Positions 29,285 to 41,065 of a stretch of DNA of 64,000 bases are shown one piece after another. The notes below the pieces were generated by a model, which was not told the origin of the DNA, made no database searches, and saw nothing but the letters and a program-made list of their open reading frames with translations. The translations under genes were made by a program, and so were the position numbers. Numbering within the stretch: position 1 is the first letter of the stretch; each line of letters starts with the position of its first letter. The DNA lies in NCBI GenBank assembly GCA_963666285.1, contig OY762711.1. One strand, written 5' to 3'. The DNA comes from Sedimentisphaerales bacterium (lineage in GTDB: Bacteria; Planctomycetota; Phycisphaerae; Sedimentisphaerales; SM23-30).

Positions 29285-30289
29285 CTAACAGGAACCAATC
29301 AAATTCAACTTTCTCATCTGACGGTTCATCTGGTTTAAATCGAGAGGTTTTACAAAATAATGGTTTGCACCACATTTATAGCACGATTCCATAATAATCT
29401 TCGGGTCTTCAACACATGAAATCATAATAATGACACTCTCATTAGAAGTACCTTCGGCAAACTCTTTTCTCTCAATTTCCCTGATCTTTCTAGCGGCATC
29501 GGTACCGTCCATAACCGGCATTTGAACATCCATACAAATCAAGTCATAGGTAGCCAGCGGCTTAGCATCAAAAGATTTTTTAACCGCCATAACAGCTTCA
29601 TTTCCATCTTTAGCAATGTGACATTCGCCATATTTTGACAAAGCCGACACCAGCAGCTGGCGAGAAGTAAAGTCATCTTCAACAACAAGTATCCTGAGCG
29701 GCCTGTAAGTGTTTTTAGGCATCTGGCAGGAGTTATCTCTGTTCGGTTCAACAGCTGCGATATTGCCATCGATTTCGAGAACTATACCACCCCCACCAAC
29801 CGAAACGCATTCAGCTATATCATCCCTGACTTTTCTGTTTTCCAGGTTGTTATGATTATTAGCATCATCAAATTCATTATCTTCATCATTCGGGATATCG
29901 TCACCAATGCCAGAAAGAATAACATCTAACCGAAGTAACAGTTTCTCAGAGAGAGATTCCTTATCGTCCCGGTCGGGATCAATAATTATATTTCTTAACT
30001 TGCCGACCAGGTGGTTAAGAGTATCAATAAACGCATTATCAACAGCAATTTCTTCTGCCCTGACAGCAGAGATAATATCTTCGAATTTAACAGCAATGTC
30101 AGCAACCAACTTCAAGTCAGCCAGATTGGCGTTCCCCTTAACATTATGGAATCCCCGTAACAGAGAATTAATGAGCTCTCTTTGAGAAGCAGAACTCAAC
30201 CCTGAGATACTCGCCAGGATAATATCCAGAACATGCAGTATTTCCTGAATGTATTCGTTTTTGTGTACATCATTAGATTCATTAACCAT
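29285..30289 (-). CDS. Hpt plus receiver domain protein
   Basis: FHNVKGNA (Hpt), LVVEDD..CMDVQMP..FVKP (REC). Confidence 0.85.
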   Translation of the reverse strand: MVNESNDVHKNEYIQEILHVLDIILASISGLSSASQRELINSLLRGFHNVKGNANLADLKLVADIAVKFEDIISAVRAEEIAVDNAFIDTLNHLVGKLRNIIIDPDRDDKESLSEKLLLRLDVILSGIGDDIPNDEDNEFDDANNHNNLENRKVRDDIAECVSVGGGGIVLEIDGNIAAVEPNRDNSCQMPKNTYRPLRILVVEDDFTSRQLLVSALSKYGECHIAKDGNEAVMAVKKSFDAKPLATYDLICMDVQMPVMDGTDAARKIREIERKEFAEGTSNESVIIMISCVEDPKIIMESCYKCGANHYFVKPLDLNQMNRQMRKLNLIGSC

Positions 30290-30293
30290 ACTT

Positions 30294-31199
30294 CTACTCC
30301 ACCATTATCTTTGACTTTTGCATAAAATCTGTCAAAACAGCAATAAGTTTTTCAAATTCAATCTCCAGATCGGATATATTATTTTTCATATCGTCCAGTT
30401 TGCCTTCTTTACCGGCGACTTCCAACAAGGAGCTTATCGACCTTAATACTTCGCCCCCTATATTGGCAGCAGCACCTTTAATGGAATGAGCCTGACGGCC
30501 GGCAGCTATGCAATCACCAAGAGATATTAACCCCCTGAGTTTTTCAACCTGCGAAGGCATGTCGCGTAAAAAGCCATTAAGGACAATAGCCATAATCTTC
30601 TGGTCGTGCATAATCCGGTCCATAAACGCATCACAATCAAAAACAGGCAAATTATCAGATTCGCCAGAGAAAATATCATTATCTTTTGAACTCATAAGAC
30701 TTGTATTACCAACATTTTTATCATAATTATTCAATTTAAAATTACTAAGATACTTATTCAATATTCCATAAAGTGTTTCAGGAACGAAAGGTTTGGAAAC
30801 ATAATCATTCATCCCAACCTCAAAACACCTTTTTTTGTCACTGCTAAAAGCATTCGCAGTAAGAGCAACAATTACAACCGAAGGATTTAATACGCCGGAT
30901 TCCGGTTGGCGAATAATGGAGGTAGCTTCAAGCCCATCCATTTCCGGCATCTGAAGATCCATTAAAACCATATCATAATTTTTAAGCTTTAACGCTTCAA
31001 CAGCTTTAATGCCGTTATCAACAACATCAGTCTGAATACCAAATTTTCCCAGAACAACAACCCCCAACTGCTGGTTAGCAAGATTATCTTCAACAAGAAG
31101 CACCTTTGCTCCCTTCCAACGGTAATTCCCAGCGTTGCGATTGGAATCATCATTTATCCGGCTATTATCAGGTATTTCTTCCATCACGGTCAAGTCCAC
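30294..31199 (-). CDS. Receiver plus Hpt domain protein
   Basis: LLVEDN..LMDLQMP..ALTANA..VSKP, then AHSIKGAA. Confidence 0.88.
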   Translation of the reverse strand: MDLTVMEEIPDNSRINDDSNRNAGNYRWKGAKVLLVEDNLANQQLGVVVLGKFGIQTDVVDNGIKAVEALKLKNYDMVLMDLQMPEMDGLEATSIIRQPESGVLNPSVVIVALTANAFSSDKKRCFEVGMNDYVSKPFVPETLYGILNKYLSNFKLNNYDKNVGNTSLMSSKDNDIFSGESDNLPVFDCDAFMDRIMHDQKIMAIVLNGFLRDMPSQVEKLRGLISLGDCIAAGRQAHSIKGAAANIGGEVLRSISSLLEVAGKEGKLDDMKNNISDLEIEFEKLIAVLTDFMQKSKIMVE

Positions 31200-31381
31200 A
31201 AAATATACAATTATACATATATACTGTTTTTCGACCGATATCCCAGTTGACTTAAGCTAAGAATCAAGTGAGTTTTGAAAATAATACCACAATCTCACTC
31301 ATTATAGGACGTGGATTGCGAGCAAAACATATGCGGCAAAAAAACATACTTGTATTAAAATCTATGCCGGCGAGTTATTCG

Positions 31382-32572
31382 TTATTTATCAGCTTTCTGA
31401 GAAGAGACAGATTGAAAAAGCTGAGGGGCAAACTCATTAAGATAATCTCTCCAGTTAGCCCAGGTATGGGCACCTTCAGTTTTTTTATATACAATATTAA
31501 AGCCAAAATCACCCAGTAGTTTTACGGTTTTATCGGAAGTGTCGATAAGGAAATCTTCTTTGCCAACAGCAACCCAGAAAAGTTGCAGACCTTTTTTTAA
31601 TTCCTGGTCGGAAAGCACATCCTGATATTGTTCCTGCCAAGGCTTTTGAGAACCCGCATTCCCGGCGTTTGCTCCCATAAGATCAAAAATACCGGAACTA
31701 AAGACACCAACATATCCAAACTTATCCATATTTCTAGCAAAGATATTCAGGGTATGCCATCCCCCCATAGACAAACCTGCAACGGCATGGCTACTACGCC
31801 CGTCAAGCACCCGGTAATTGGATTCAATATATGGCATAATATCCTTCTCAAAATCTTCGATAAAAGGCTCAGTTCCGGGTAATGCCTGCCCCATATTAAA
31901 CGGACCGGTATGGCCTTTAGGCATAACAATAATCATCGGCACAGCTTCACCAGAGGCAATCAGATTATCAAGGATAATTCCTGCCCGGCCAACTGTAGAC
32001 CAGGAATCATCAGAGTCAAAAGCACCATGTAATAAATATAACACGGGGTATTGCTGCTTGCCTGCCTCGTATCCAGGAGGGGTATAGACATGCATTCGCC
32101 GCAACCGCCCCAGAGTTTTAGAGGAATAATTAACTTCAGATACCGCACCATGAAGAACATTGCAGCTATCCATAAATTTACTGCCGGGAATATGGATCAG
32201 ACTCCACATAACCTCGTTAGATTCACTTGTTGAAAGGTTTGCAGGATCAACAACAAGGACACTGTCAACAACAAATTTATACCTATAGGAACCAGACGCT
32301 AATGTATCCAGTTGAATTTCCCATGTTCCACTATCATTTTTCGTCATATCCAGCCCCTGCCAGATATTTGGAATATCACTACTGGAAAGTTTGACGGATT
32401 TAGCATCCGGAGCCTCAACTCTAAAGGCAACCTTGCCATCAGCCAGAATCTCAGGCGAATTTACCTGAGGCCGCTGAAACGGATTAGAATATAAGTTAAA
32501 TACAAGCATTAAAATAAAAGAAAAGACACCAATCGACATTCTTTTGAATCCAGACATTTCCAGGCCTTTCAA
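31382..32572 (-). CDS. Secreted esterase (CE1-like alpha/beta hydrolase with N-terminal Ig/CBM48-like domain)
   Basis: VYTPPGY, YPVLYLLHG, GLSMGG, GAHTWANWR. Confidence 0.88.
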   Translation of the reverse strand: MKGLEMSGFKRMSIGVFSFILMLVFNLYSNPFQRPQVNSPEILADGKVAFRVEAPDAKSVKLSSSDIPNIWQGLDMTKNDSGTWEIQLDTLASGSYRYKFVVDSVLVVDPANLSTSESNEVMWSLIHIPGSKFMDSCNVLHGAVSEVNYSSKTLGRLRRMHVYTPPGYEAGKQQYPVLYLLHGAFDSDDSWSTVGRAGIILDNLIASGEAVPMIIVMPKGHTGPFNMGQALPGTEPFIEDFEKDIMPYIESNYRVLDGRSSHAVAGLSMGGWHTLNIFARNMDKFGYVGVFSSGIFDLMGANAGNAGSQKPWQEQYQDVLSDQELKKGLQLFWVAVGKEDFLIDTSDKTVKLLGDFGFNIVYKKTEGAHTWANWRDYLNEFAPQLFQSVSSQKADK

Positions 32573-32737
32573 AATGAGAGTTCAGATTACCGCAAATTAC
32601 ATATTCTTTACTGCAAACCAATACTTTGCACGGGAAACACTTAAGACTAAAACATATTTCAGAATAAAGCCTTGCCGGACATTAGTCAACAGAAATCCAA
32701 TGCACCGCAAACTGAATTTTTGACAAAATTGAAACTT

Positions 32738-35700
32738 TTATTGAGATATCCACTGATCAACAAAGATAGTAAGATCGTTAATATCAACAACACAATCACA
32801 ATTCAGGTCTGTTTCACAAGCATCTGAGTCCTGCCAATAGAAAGCCAGAGTGGCAAAATCCTCGATATTCACCACAGTATCAGAAGTATAATCCGCAGAT
32901 AACGCATCTTCATTGTAAAGCTGCAAAACATCATCGGCGTTAAGTGCACGACTATATACCCGCACTTCATCTATGGAACCTTCGAATAAATGCAGTGGAA
33001 CATCATCCATAATAAAAGCTCCAAGCACCAGGTCAGAACCCAAACCAGTATTAATTGAAAGAGAATTATTGCTGATAATACCTGCCTGAACACCGTCAAC
33101 AAATAACTTAACTTCACTAATATTCGCAGAGCCGTCATTTTCAAGAACAGCAGCAACATGATGCCAATTATTGTCATTGACTGCCTTATTACTGGTAATA
33201 ATCCCCCCCCAACATGCAACTTCAAAATAACCATCACTATTAACACGTACGAGCCATTTATTATTAATTGAATTGTCCCCCCACCCGATAATCATACAAT
33301 ACTTGTTTGAATCTGAAGTTTTAATCCAAGCAGAACAAGTACGGCTACCGGCACCAGCGATCCCCTTAAATCTACTAACATTAATATAATCATCAGTACC
33401 ATCAAAAATGACTCCGCCACACGACTTGCCATCTCCCCAGTTCTCAATTCCCATATTATTAAATGTACCATCGTATTGATTCCCGGAACAATCTAAAACT
33501 ATGTCGCCACTACCCTCATTGAACTTCCAGTGCGCAATAGGGGCAAACGGATCAGCGGTATTTACCATAGGTAAGCCAGCTAAACCTCTTTTATAAATGG
33601 AATTAATTTCAGGTGAAGTCAAAGGGCGATCCCAAAAGCCAAAATCGTCCATATTCCCCTTGTAATACGGATCAGCCCAATTGCTTTTCCCTATATAGTT
33701 ATTTGTTCTGACGATAACTGGCGGAACTGGAATCCTGCCTGTTGCAACAAGTTCTCCATTTTTGAATATCCTGGCATATCCCAAAGGATTCAATGTTGCA
33801 GTGAACAACTGCCATTTATTAAGTTCAATAACGCCATCTGCATTTATCAAGCCGCTACTGGAACCGTCGTACACCTCAAGAGTTAAAGTATTTGAAACGC
33901 CATTACGTGCAAAAATGATATTGTTATTAGCAATTCCATTGCCAAAATCAATAAAACGAATCCAATTACCAACACTAGTGGGATAAGCCCAAACAGAAAC
34001 AGTAAAACCATTAGTAAGATCAATAAAGCTATCGGGAAGGTCTATATAATCATCACTACCATCAAAAGCCAGAGCTTCAGGTAAGTATCCGGAAGACACA
34101 ACAGAGGTACCAATAAGATTACCACTTAAAATCGTTCCTGTTGAGCCATCTATTATCGACTTGCCACTGTAAAAATCTGAATCCATATTATAATAAACCA
34201 TAAGATTGTCAGTCGGCAGAACAGCAGTGGTGAAACTCCAGATATGCCCCTTTGAAATACCAGATGAAAAGACCTGGTCAATTCGCCAAAAATAAGTTGC
34301 TTCAGGTGATAAGTCAGGAGCGTACTCAGCCTGAGTTTGACGACCTTTATATTCAGATGAGCTATTATTCGCATTATCTACAGAATCATAATCAGTACCA
34401 ATATAAACATCAAAACCAATTACATCAGAATCAGGCGTCCAGCTGAAAACCTGCGATTCGACGATATTCAAATAATTGTCAGCCGGTTCAGGATTTTCAG
34501 CCTGGCCCTTATTGAGATAGAGATGAATGACATCCTCATCCGAGAGCGGATAGTTATAGATTCTGAGATCATCCATTCTGCCTTTATAATTGGCGTCATC
34601 TTCCCAGTTACTTTTTCCAATATATGCATTCGTCCGAATAATATTAACAGGTATAGCAGTCTGGCCAGAAGCTACAGGGCTGCCATTTTTATATATAACA
34701 ACGTTGCCAGACATATCCAGGGCAGCAGTGAACAGCTGCCATTTATTTAATTCTATAGCACCGGCGGCCTGAACTTTGCCACCACTTGTATCGCGATTGT
34801 AAACTTCAAAATACAGGTCGTTTGAAGAACCCCGTCTGGCCAGCATAATATTGTTATCATAAGGGCCATTACCGATATCAATTATACGGGCCCAGTTTTT
34901 GACTTCGGTGGGATATACCCACACAGAGACAGTCATGCCGGTTCTAAAATTAGCAAATCCATCCGGCAGATCAATATAATCATCGCTGCCGTCAAAATCC
35001 AAAGCACCATTCAATTTTCCGGCAACAGAACCAGTATCAAAAGAAAATGAAGAACCGGTCAGGATACCATCATTAGCAAATGAGCTGGAATCGTAAGCAA
35101 CAGTACCACCGGCCTGATCAAAAGTCCATCGCCCTGCCATCCGGCTGATAAATTCACTATTGGTTGTCCATCCGCCATTAGTACGAGCCAAGGTAAGAAA
35201 AGACCTGGCAACAGAAGCATTATCAATGAGTGCTTCACTGTAATCACCATAAGTAATATTCCATACATCCGGATATAATCCGGTTTCAGGTTCAACACAA
35301 TTGAGATATAGGAATTCCAGATATCCGGCGGCAAGATCAAGCCAATACTGGTTACCATCAAGCAGATACAGATCAACATAAGCGTTGGTCATATCATGTC
35401 CGCCCCATTTACCATGCTGATTAAGAGCATGAGTAGTACCATTGATGAACTCATCTTCCATAGAGGCAGCCATAAGCTGAGCATGACTAAAATATTGATC
35501 CTCACCTGTGATCTCAAAAAGTCGAACGGCATTCTGGGTCATAACACCGGTCTGATAGCCCAAAGGCCCCTGGTTTGTTTCGTGATAAATCCAGCGGGAT
35601 AAACGCAGATCAGAATCTACCAGCCACCAGTACAGTCTTTTGCCGTTTTGCAGATAAGAATCAATACCGGTAAATTGATATGTCATCAGGTTAGCAAGAA

Positions 35701-36268
35701 TTGTCGGAGCAGTAGAACATACAGATGCGCCGTTAGAATCGCTTTCATGCCAGCGAATACCACCTGCGGGGTTATTACCGGCACCGTTTTCACCGCTCAT
35801 ACAGAAAATGAGAATTTCACGAGCCCAGTTAAGATACTTGCTGTTATCGGTAATTTCGTAAAGTTCAAGAAATCCAAGAGCAATCCAGGCATTATCATCA
35901 TAATATCGATCGCCACAGTTATACCTGCTGGCATTATAGGCCCAGTAGCCATTGTAATAACAACGGTATGATTTATACATCTCCTGGGCCTGTTTTTCGG
36001 CAACGGCAAGCCGACCGGAGTCAAGTCTGGCAGCGGCAACATTGGCACTGAGCGTTATGCCCTGCCCCCAGGCATATTCAGCTGAATTATCGCTTACAGA
36101 TTTACCATATACGCCATCACTGCGGCCAAAATAGTTGTCAATCCTGCCTAGAACTTCATTACCCCATTGCTCAAACATTTCACCACTAATGGTTTCTGCC
36201 TGAATGCAGGAGACGCAAAAAAACGATATAATAATTAATAACAAAGTAAAGCAACGGGCATTGCTCAT
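32738..36268 (-). CDS. GH76-family glycoside hydrolase with three LamG domains and a dockerin-like tail
   Basis: YYDDNAW catalytic motif; repeated LamG segments; DYTSDTVVNIEDF tail. Confidence 0.82.
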   Translation of the reverse strand: MSNARCFTLLLIIISFFCVSCIQAETISGEMFEQWGNEVLGRIDNYFGRSDGVYGKSVSDNSAEYAWGQGITLSANVAAARLDSGRLAVAEKQAQEMYKSYRCYYNGYWAYNASRYNCGDRYYDDNAWIALGFLELYEITDNSKYLNWAREILIFCMSGENGAGNNPAGGIRWHESDSNGASVCSTAPTILANLMTYQFTGIDSYLQNGKRLYWWLVDSDLRLSRWIYHETNQGPLGYQTGVMTQNAVRLFEITGEDQYFSHAQLMAASMEDEFINGTTHALNQHGKWGGHDMTNAYVDLYLLDGNQYWLDLAAGYLEFLYLNCVEPETGLYPDVWNITYGDYSEALIDNASVARSFLTLARTNGGWTTNSEFISRMAGRWTFDQAGGTVAYDSSSFANDGILTGSSFSFDTGSVAGKLNGALDFDGSDDYIDLPDGFANFRTGMTVSVWVYPTEVKNWARIIDIGNGPYDNNIMLARRGSSNDLYFEVYNRDTSGGKVQAAGAIELNKWQLFTAALDMSGNVVIYKNGSPVASGQTAIPVNIIRTNAYIGKSNWEDDANYKGRMDDLRIYNYPLSDEDVIHLYLNKGQAENPEPADNYLNIVESQVFSWTPDSDVIGFDVYIGTDYDSVDNANNSSSEYKGRQTQAEYAPDLSPEATYFWRIDQVFSSGISKGHIWSFTTAVLPTDNLMVYYNMDSDFYSGKSIIDGSTGTILSGNLIGTSVVSSGYLPEALAFDGSDDYIDLPDSFIDLTNGFTVSVWAYPTSVGNWIRFIDFGNGIANNNIIFARNGVSNTLTLEVYDGSSSGLINADGVIELNKWQLFTATLNPLGYARIFKNGELVATGRIPVPPVIVRTNNYIGKSNWADPYYKGNMDDFGFWDRPLTSPEINSIYKRGLAGLPMVNTADPFAPIAHWKFNEGSGDIVLDCSGNQYDGTFNNMGIENWGDGKSCGGVIFDGTDDYINVSRFKGIAGAGSRTCSAWIKTSDSNKYCMIIGWGDNSINNKWLVRVNSDGYFEVACWGGIITSNKAVNDNNWHHVAAVLENDGSANISEVKLFVDGVQAGIISNNSLSINTGLGSDLVLGAFIMDDVPLHLFEGSIDEVRVYSRALNADDVLQLYNEDALSADYTSDTVVNIEDFATLAFYWQDSDACETDLNCDCVVDINDLTIFVDQWISQ

Positions 36269-36889
36269 AATTCTCTACCTTCCATCCAATAAAAATTTTC
36301 AATGCTGGTCAAATACTATTTTTTCGTATATTGCAGATATCGTCAAAATTAATAGAGCGATTCACCAAAAACGGTAAATATTTTATAATTCATCACTTAC
36401 AGCAATAATAATCAGGTGTGCGGGGAATCTACTGACAAAAGCCAGCAGATACAATCAGTTGTAACTGCATATATTAAGACAAGTTATAACTCATACGAAA
36501 ATATGCAGATATTCTGATTTAATCGTACCAAAATAATAACATATGAGTCAAGATTATTCCAATAAAGAATCAGATTCGAGTGCATCCCACACCTGTTCGG
36601 CACTAAGTTTGCTATTGTAATGCATGGTATTTCATTCTGAGATTATTTTTCAGAAAAGTGCATAAAACTACCTATCTTAACTTGCGACTTGCGCAATTTG
36701 GTGCATGATGTATGCTATGACAGCATAACGTGAAGACATACTCGAATTTCAGCTCCAAGGCTTCAAATATTTCAAAGCTATCCCAGCTATGCTGGAATGG
36801 TTGGATTATGCCGGTTACGCTTTTACAATTAAAACGTTTACCAGCTATCAATAAAGTGTAAAAGCAGCAACCATAATTCTGTTATGGTT

Positions 36890-37261
36890 TTAGTATTGCG
36901 AGACATGCTTAATAATTAGGATACTAGCACATGCCAATAAAAATAATAACATTGTTACTATAAATAAAGCAATACATGAAATCTCTTTTATAAGAACTTT
37001 AACCTTATCATCTTTATGCAAAATATAATTTCCCCGACACTGTTTACATGATGCAATAATAGTATAGAACATACTATTCCATATTAATGTTGATATAAAA
37101 ATTATAATAATGTTTGAGGGCCATTCTGTAACCTTTGACAATAAATAATTATTACTAAAAGAGGAATAAACAGCCCAACCGGGAAATAAAGTAATTATAA
37201 ACAATAATTCAACAAAATGAGATATCCATAAAATAGAAAATGTGATAATAATACAAAACAC
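36890..37261 (-). CDS. Small AT-rich membrane protein, hypothetical
   Basis: Several hydrophobic stretches; abuts the upstream ORF. Confidence 0.4.
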   Translation of the reverse strand: MFCIIITFSILWISHFVELLFIITLFPGWAVYSSFSNNYLLSKVTEWPSNIIIIFISTLIWNSMFYTIIASCKQCRGNYILHKDDKVKVLIKEISCIALFIVTMLLFLLACASILIIKHVSQY

Positions 37262-37500
37262 TATTTTTTATTATTAGAGATAAAATCTTTAAATCTCCAG
37301 TATTTTAACGAAAGATAAAAAATATAAGTCCAGAATAATGAAGATATTATTATTAATATCTTCTCATCGATATCACATCGAGCCAAAAAGAAAAAGAAAT
37401 GTATCGGATCAATGAAATATAAATATGAATTGGTCGATAATAAATAATTAACAAAAAGGAAAAAGAATATAAGTATAATGTTTTTTTTCATGGTAACCAT
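37261..37500 (-). CDS. Small AT-rich membrane protein, hypothetical
   Basis: MKKNIILIFFF.. with two hydrophobic helices. Confidence 0.45.
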   Translation of the reverse strand: MVTMKKNIILIFFFLFVNYLLSTNSYLYFIDPIHFFFFLARCDIDEKILIIISSLFWTYIFYLSLKYWRFKDFISNNKK

Positions 37501-37883
37501 AACGTCTCTTCAAATTAGTCATTTGAAAATCTAAAGCAACATAAGCAATGTCACTGCCGGTGGATTTAACAACAAAATCAATATCAATGCGATTCGCTTA
37601 AGATAACCAATCATTTTGAATAAAAATATCAAATATATGAACTCACATTATACCGGCACCACCCATTTAAACAATAAAAAAACCTCCGCACATATGAACG
37701 AAGGTTTTCTGCAACGGAGAGAGGGGGATTCTCGCTCCCCGATTTTTGTAAAATCATAAAAGAACTACACTTAGCTCTTAACTCCAAAAATGACAAAGAT
37801 TTAGATTCTCTTGTTACTTTACTATCATCCCACGGTTTTTTACTATCTTTATAACTATTTTGAGGACAGATTGAGGACAGAAT

Positions 37884-39035
37884 TTATTCAGATTTACCAA
37901 TAACAGGGATTGTATACGTCCTGATCTCACCGCTTGAAAAAACTGCTATTTTACACGAATCTGGTGAAAACACCACACAATCTCTATACCCCGGCGTTCT
38001 AATCATGAATTCCACTTTTCCTGTTTCACGATTATACAAAAATACATTACCAGATACAACCGCTATCCACTTGCCATTAGAACTTATCTGCAAATCCGCA
38101 AAACCACCCATACGCTGCCGGGTGCCTACCATTTCGACAAGATTATGTTCTGCAATCACTTTGCCATCTTTCGCATCAAACTCGTACATTATTCCATTTG
38201 TTGAGCCGCTATAAACTCGACTGCCATCAGGAGTAATTGCAACTACGGTAGTATTGTGACAACTTTCAGGTTTAACCTCCCAGCGAAGCTCTCCTGCCTT
38301 AACATCTATCAGAGATGTCCCCCATCCGCGACCGGCAAGACCAATCAAACTACCATCATCCGTAACATAAGTATCACTAACATGAGTTGTTGCCTGGCCT
38401 GTTCCTTCTTCTCCTTCCAAAACACAAGCCTCCTTAAATTCATCTTTTTTTGTATCATACAAACAAACCCTTATTGGCCAGCCAAAGTAATGTTTTTCTT
38501 TATCATCCCATGGGCCACCTTGGTAAACTGAATAGTCCATATTAAAAACAATATAATTCCCATTATTCGATAATGAATAATGAAAAATCGAACTTCCTGG
38601 ATTCCAATAATAAGGAATCCAATCATTCAATTTCCTCTCTTCTTTTAGGGTTATAATATCTATCACAGCCATTTCAGGATTATCATATAGCTGTTCCGCT
38701 GTCCGGACATATCTGGTAAATATTTTATTATTTGGCATCCAAAATCCATTTGAACAACCTTTTGGGGCAAAATAAGTCTTAAACTTAAACTCACCATCCT
38801 GCCATTGCCAAACCTCGGTATCTTTATAATATCCCCACCCTCTGTCTTGCCTGGTCGCAACCTGAATTGCATAAGCACCAGGAACATCATCTCGATAGAA
38901 ACCTCCTTTCCAAGATTTTTCCTTTCCGGCCTTAAAAATGCCAACACCATTTTCACTCTTCAGCTCTGGAACACTGGCACAAGATGTCAGCGTTACAAAA
39001 CTTAACATAATTGCAATAATTATCAGCTTTTTCAT
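37884..39035 (-). CDS. Beta-propeller (WD40-like) lipoprotein, candidate immunity protein
   Basis: Lipobox LTSC; repeats such as VAITPDGSRVYSGS and VVFSPDS; starts 6 nt after the RHS stop. Confidence 0.7.
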   Translation of the reverse strand: MKKLIIIAIMLSFVTLTSCASVPELKSENGVGIFKAGKEKSWKGGFYRDDVPGAYAIQVATRQDRGWGYYKDTEVWQWQDGEFKFKTYFAPKGCSNGFWMPNNKIFTRYVRTAEQLYDNPEMAVIDIITLKEERKLNDWIPYYWNPGSSIFHYSLSNNGNYIVFNMDYSVYQGGPWDDKEKHYFGWPIRVCLYDTKKDEFKEACVLEGEEGTGQATTHVSDTYVTDDGSLIGLAGRGWGTSLIDVKAGELRWEVKPESCHNTTVVAITPDGSRVYSGSTNGIMYEFDAKDGKVIAEHNLVEMVGTRQRMGGFADLQISSNGKWIAVVSGNVFLYNRETGKVEFMIRTPGYRDCVVFSPDSCKIAVFSSGEIRTYTIPVIGKSE

Positions 39036-39041
39036 ATCTGT

Positions 39042-40869
39042 TTACCTGTATGTATTGGTTACTGGATCAAAATCTACAACATTGCGATTATCGTAAGGAA
39101 TTAAATCATCTGTTATTTTTTTTGGTTTGTTATATGGCTTTCCTCCGCAAGCACATGGACAATTTTGAGCAAATTCCAGAAACTTTTTATATAAATCATC
39201 TGCCATATCATGAACATCTGCACCAAATAAATCAGGGTCATCTGTTGATGTGGAAATCATAGTCAAAAAGCCACTTGGAATTCCAATATAAATACCAAAA
39301 ATATTCCAGACACCTCTTCCATGTCCCATGCCTATATTGCCGTCAACAGGACGTCCTTGATGAGACCAGGAATCCTGAAAAGTATGGATCCCTTCTGAAA
39401 ATAACTGCAAATCACATTTATCGATACCTTGATTCATAAATTCACTAGCATCACTACTTCCTGGATAAACTGTCCCATCACCACTTGCAGGAAAATGCCA
39501 TCTAGCTCCTTCAAGAATTTGTTGTCGAATTTCTTCTAATCTTTCTTCGCTAAAATCGGACAACGGATTAAGCCTTTTTAACCATTCCGAATAATATCGA
39601 TTCCATGCATCAATTGGCGAACGCCAATCTTCATCGGGTAGATTAGCCCATCCACTAACATCATCTACACAATTTCCAAAGCCTGCTAAATCTGCAACAA
39701 GCCCGGTTATCCCAACATGTATTCTCTCATCCCACAATCCTAGAGAATCTGTAAGAACAATAGAATTACTTCTAACATATTGATACATATTAATATCAGC
39801 TAAATATCCCAACGGATCACTACTCAAAAACCTGCCGGTTTCTGTATCATACCATCTGTTTTTATAGTAATTCATTACCAGATTTCCTTCGTCGAGAACA
39901 TCGAGTCTCTGACCGGTAAATCCTACATTAGTATAGCCGCCAACGGAAGATTTCGCAACATAATCCGCATCATAGACTGTACGTTTACCATATGCATCAT
40001 ACTCATATCTATCAAAAATTTCACCTTCACTCCAATATGAACTATTATCATAACCAGCTATTAACGCTGCTGGACTGTATAAGTGGTCATGAGCGTAATA
40101 TAAAAGACCGTCATTATGGCGATAATGATGAAAAACTGTCTCATCCAAATAATTACCATAGATAAAATCACGCATTGAACTAACTGTACCAAGTGAAATT
40201 TCTTCAGTCAACAGCTGCCAGCCATTATAAAATAAATTGAAAGTTAAACTAGCTCCAGTACTATTATACTCTATCTTCCGTACTCTGCGTCCAAAAGCGT
40301 CGTAAGCGTATTCTGCAACAGTAGTTGTGTCGTTATCCTTTGTAATCTTTGTCAAATGATTTTCATAATCCCACTGGTAGCTATACCCGCGATGGTCACG
40401 GGTAAGGTTACCGGCAAGATCGTATTCTACCTTACTTCCAAGTGAAGCGATTTCACTTTCATCCAACGCTCGATCATATATTAAGATATTGTCCATCAAT
40501 CCTTTATAATATTCCCGATTTGAATCATAAGCTGCACCAACCCTAATATCATATGTAGAAAAATCATTCCTGTCACCAGTAGCTGTACTTTGTTTATAAT
40601 ATGACACCTCCTGTCCATCAATATATAGATACGTAATCATGTTTTTATGAACAGCAGTTATATTATACCATTGTCCGGCAGTTAGAACATCATTTGACAG
40701 ACTGTCTGCCCTAACTCCTGAATAGTAAGTATATGATCTTATTTTCCCATTATAAAGGAATAGACTATCCGTCCAGACACTGGCACGAGATATTAATGGC
40801 CCATAGCCTGACAGACTATCCTGGTCAGGACAAATCCAGATAGAGTATGAATAATCTCCGGTCAAAAAG
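39042..40869 (-). pseudogene. 5'-truncated LamG-containing RHS protein with C-terminal toxin domain
   Basis: YDLAGNL, YAYDAFGRR, GFTGQRLD, YYKNRWYDTETGRFLSSDPLG, DSLGL; the frame begins mid-LamG at the tRNA end, and the ORF-track start lies inside the tRNA. Confidence 0.8.
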
Positions 40870-40871
40870 AA

Positions 40872-40957
<86 letters not shown>

Positions 40958-41065
40958 TGATTATTTTAACTTTCATATTCATATCTCCATGTTATACATA
41001 CAGATACGAATTGTGAGAATTTAATATATTAACAATAATGATTTAAATATGCAAGAGAAAAGAAG

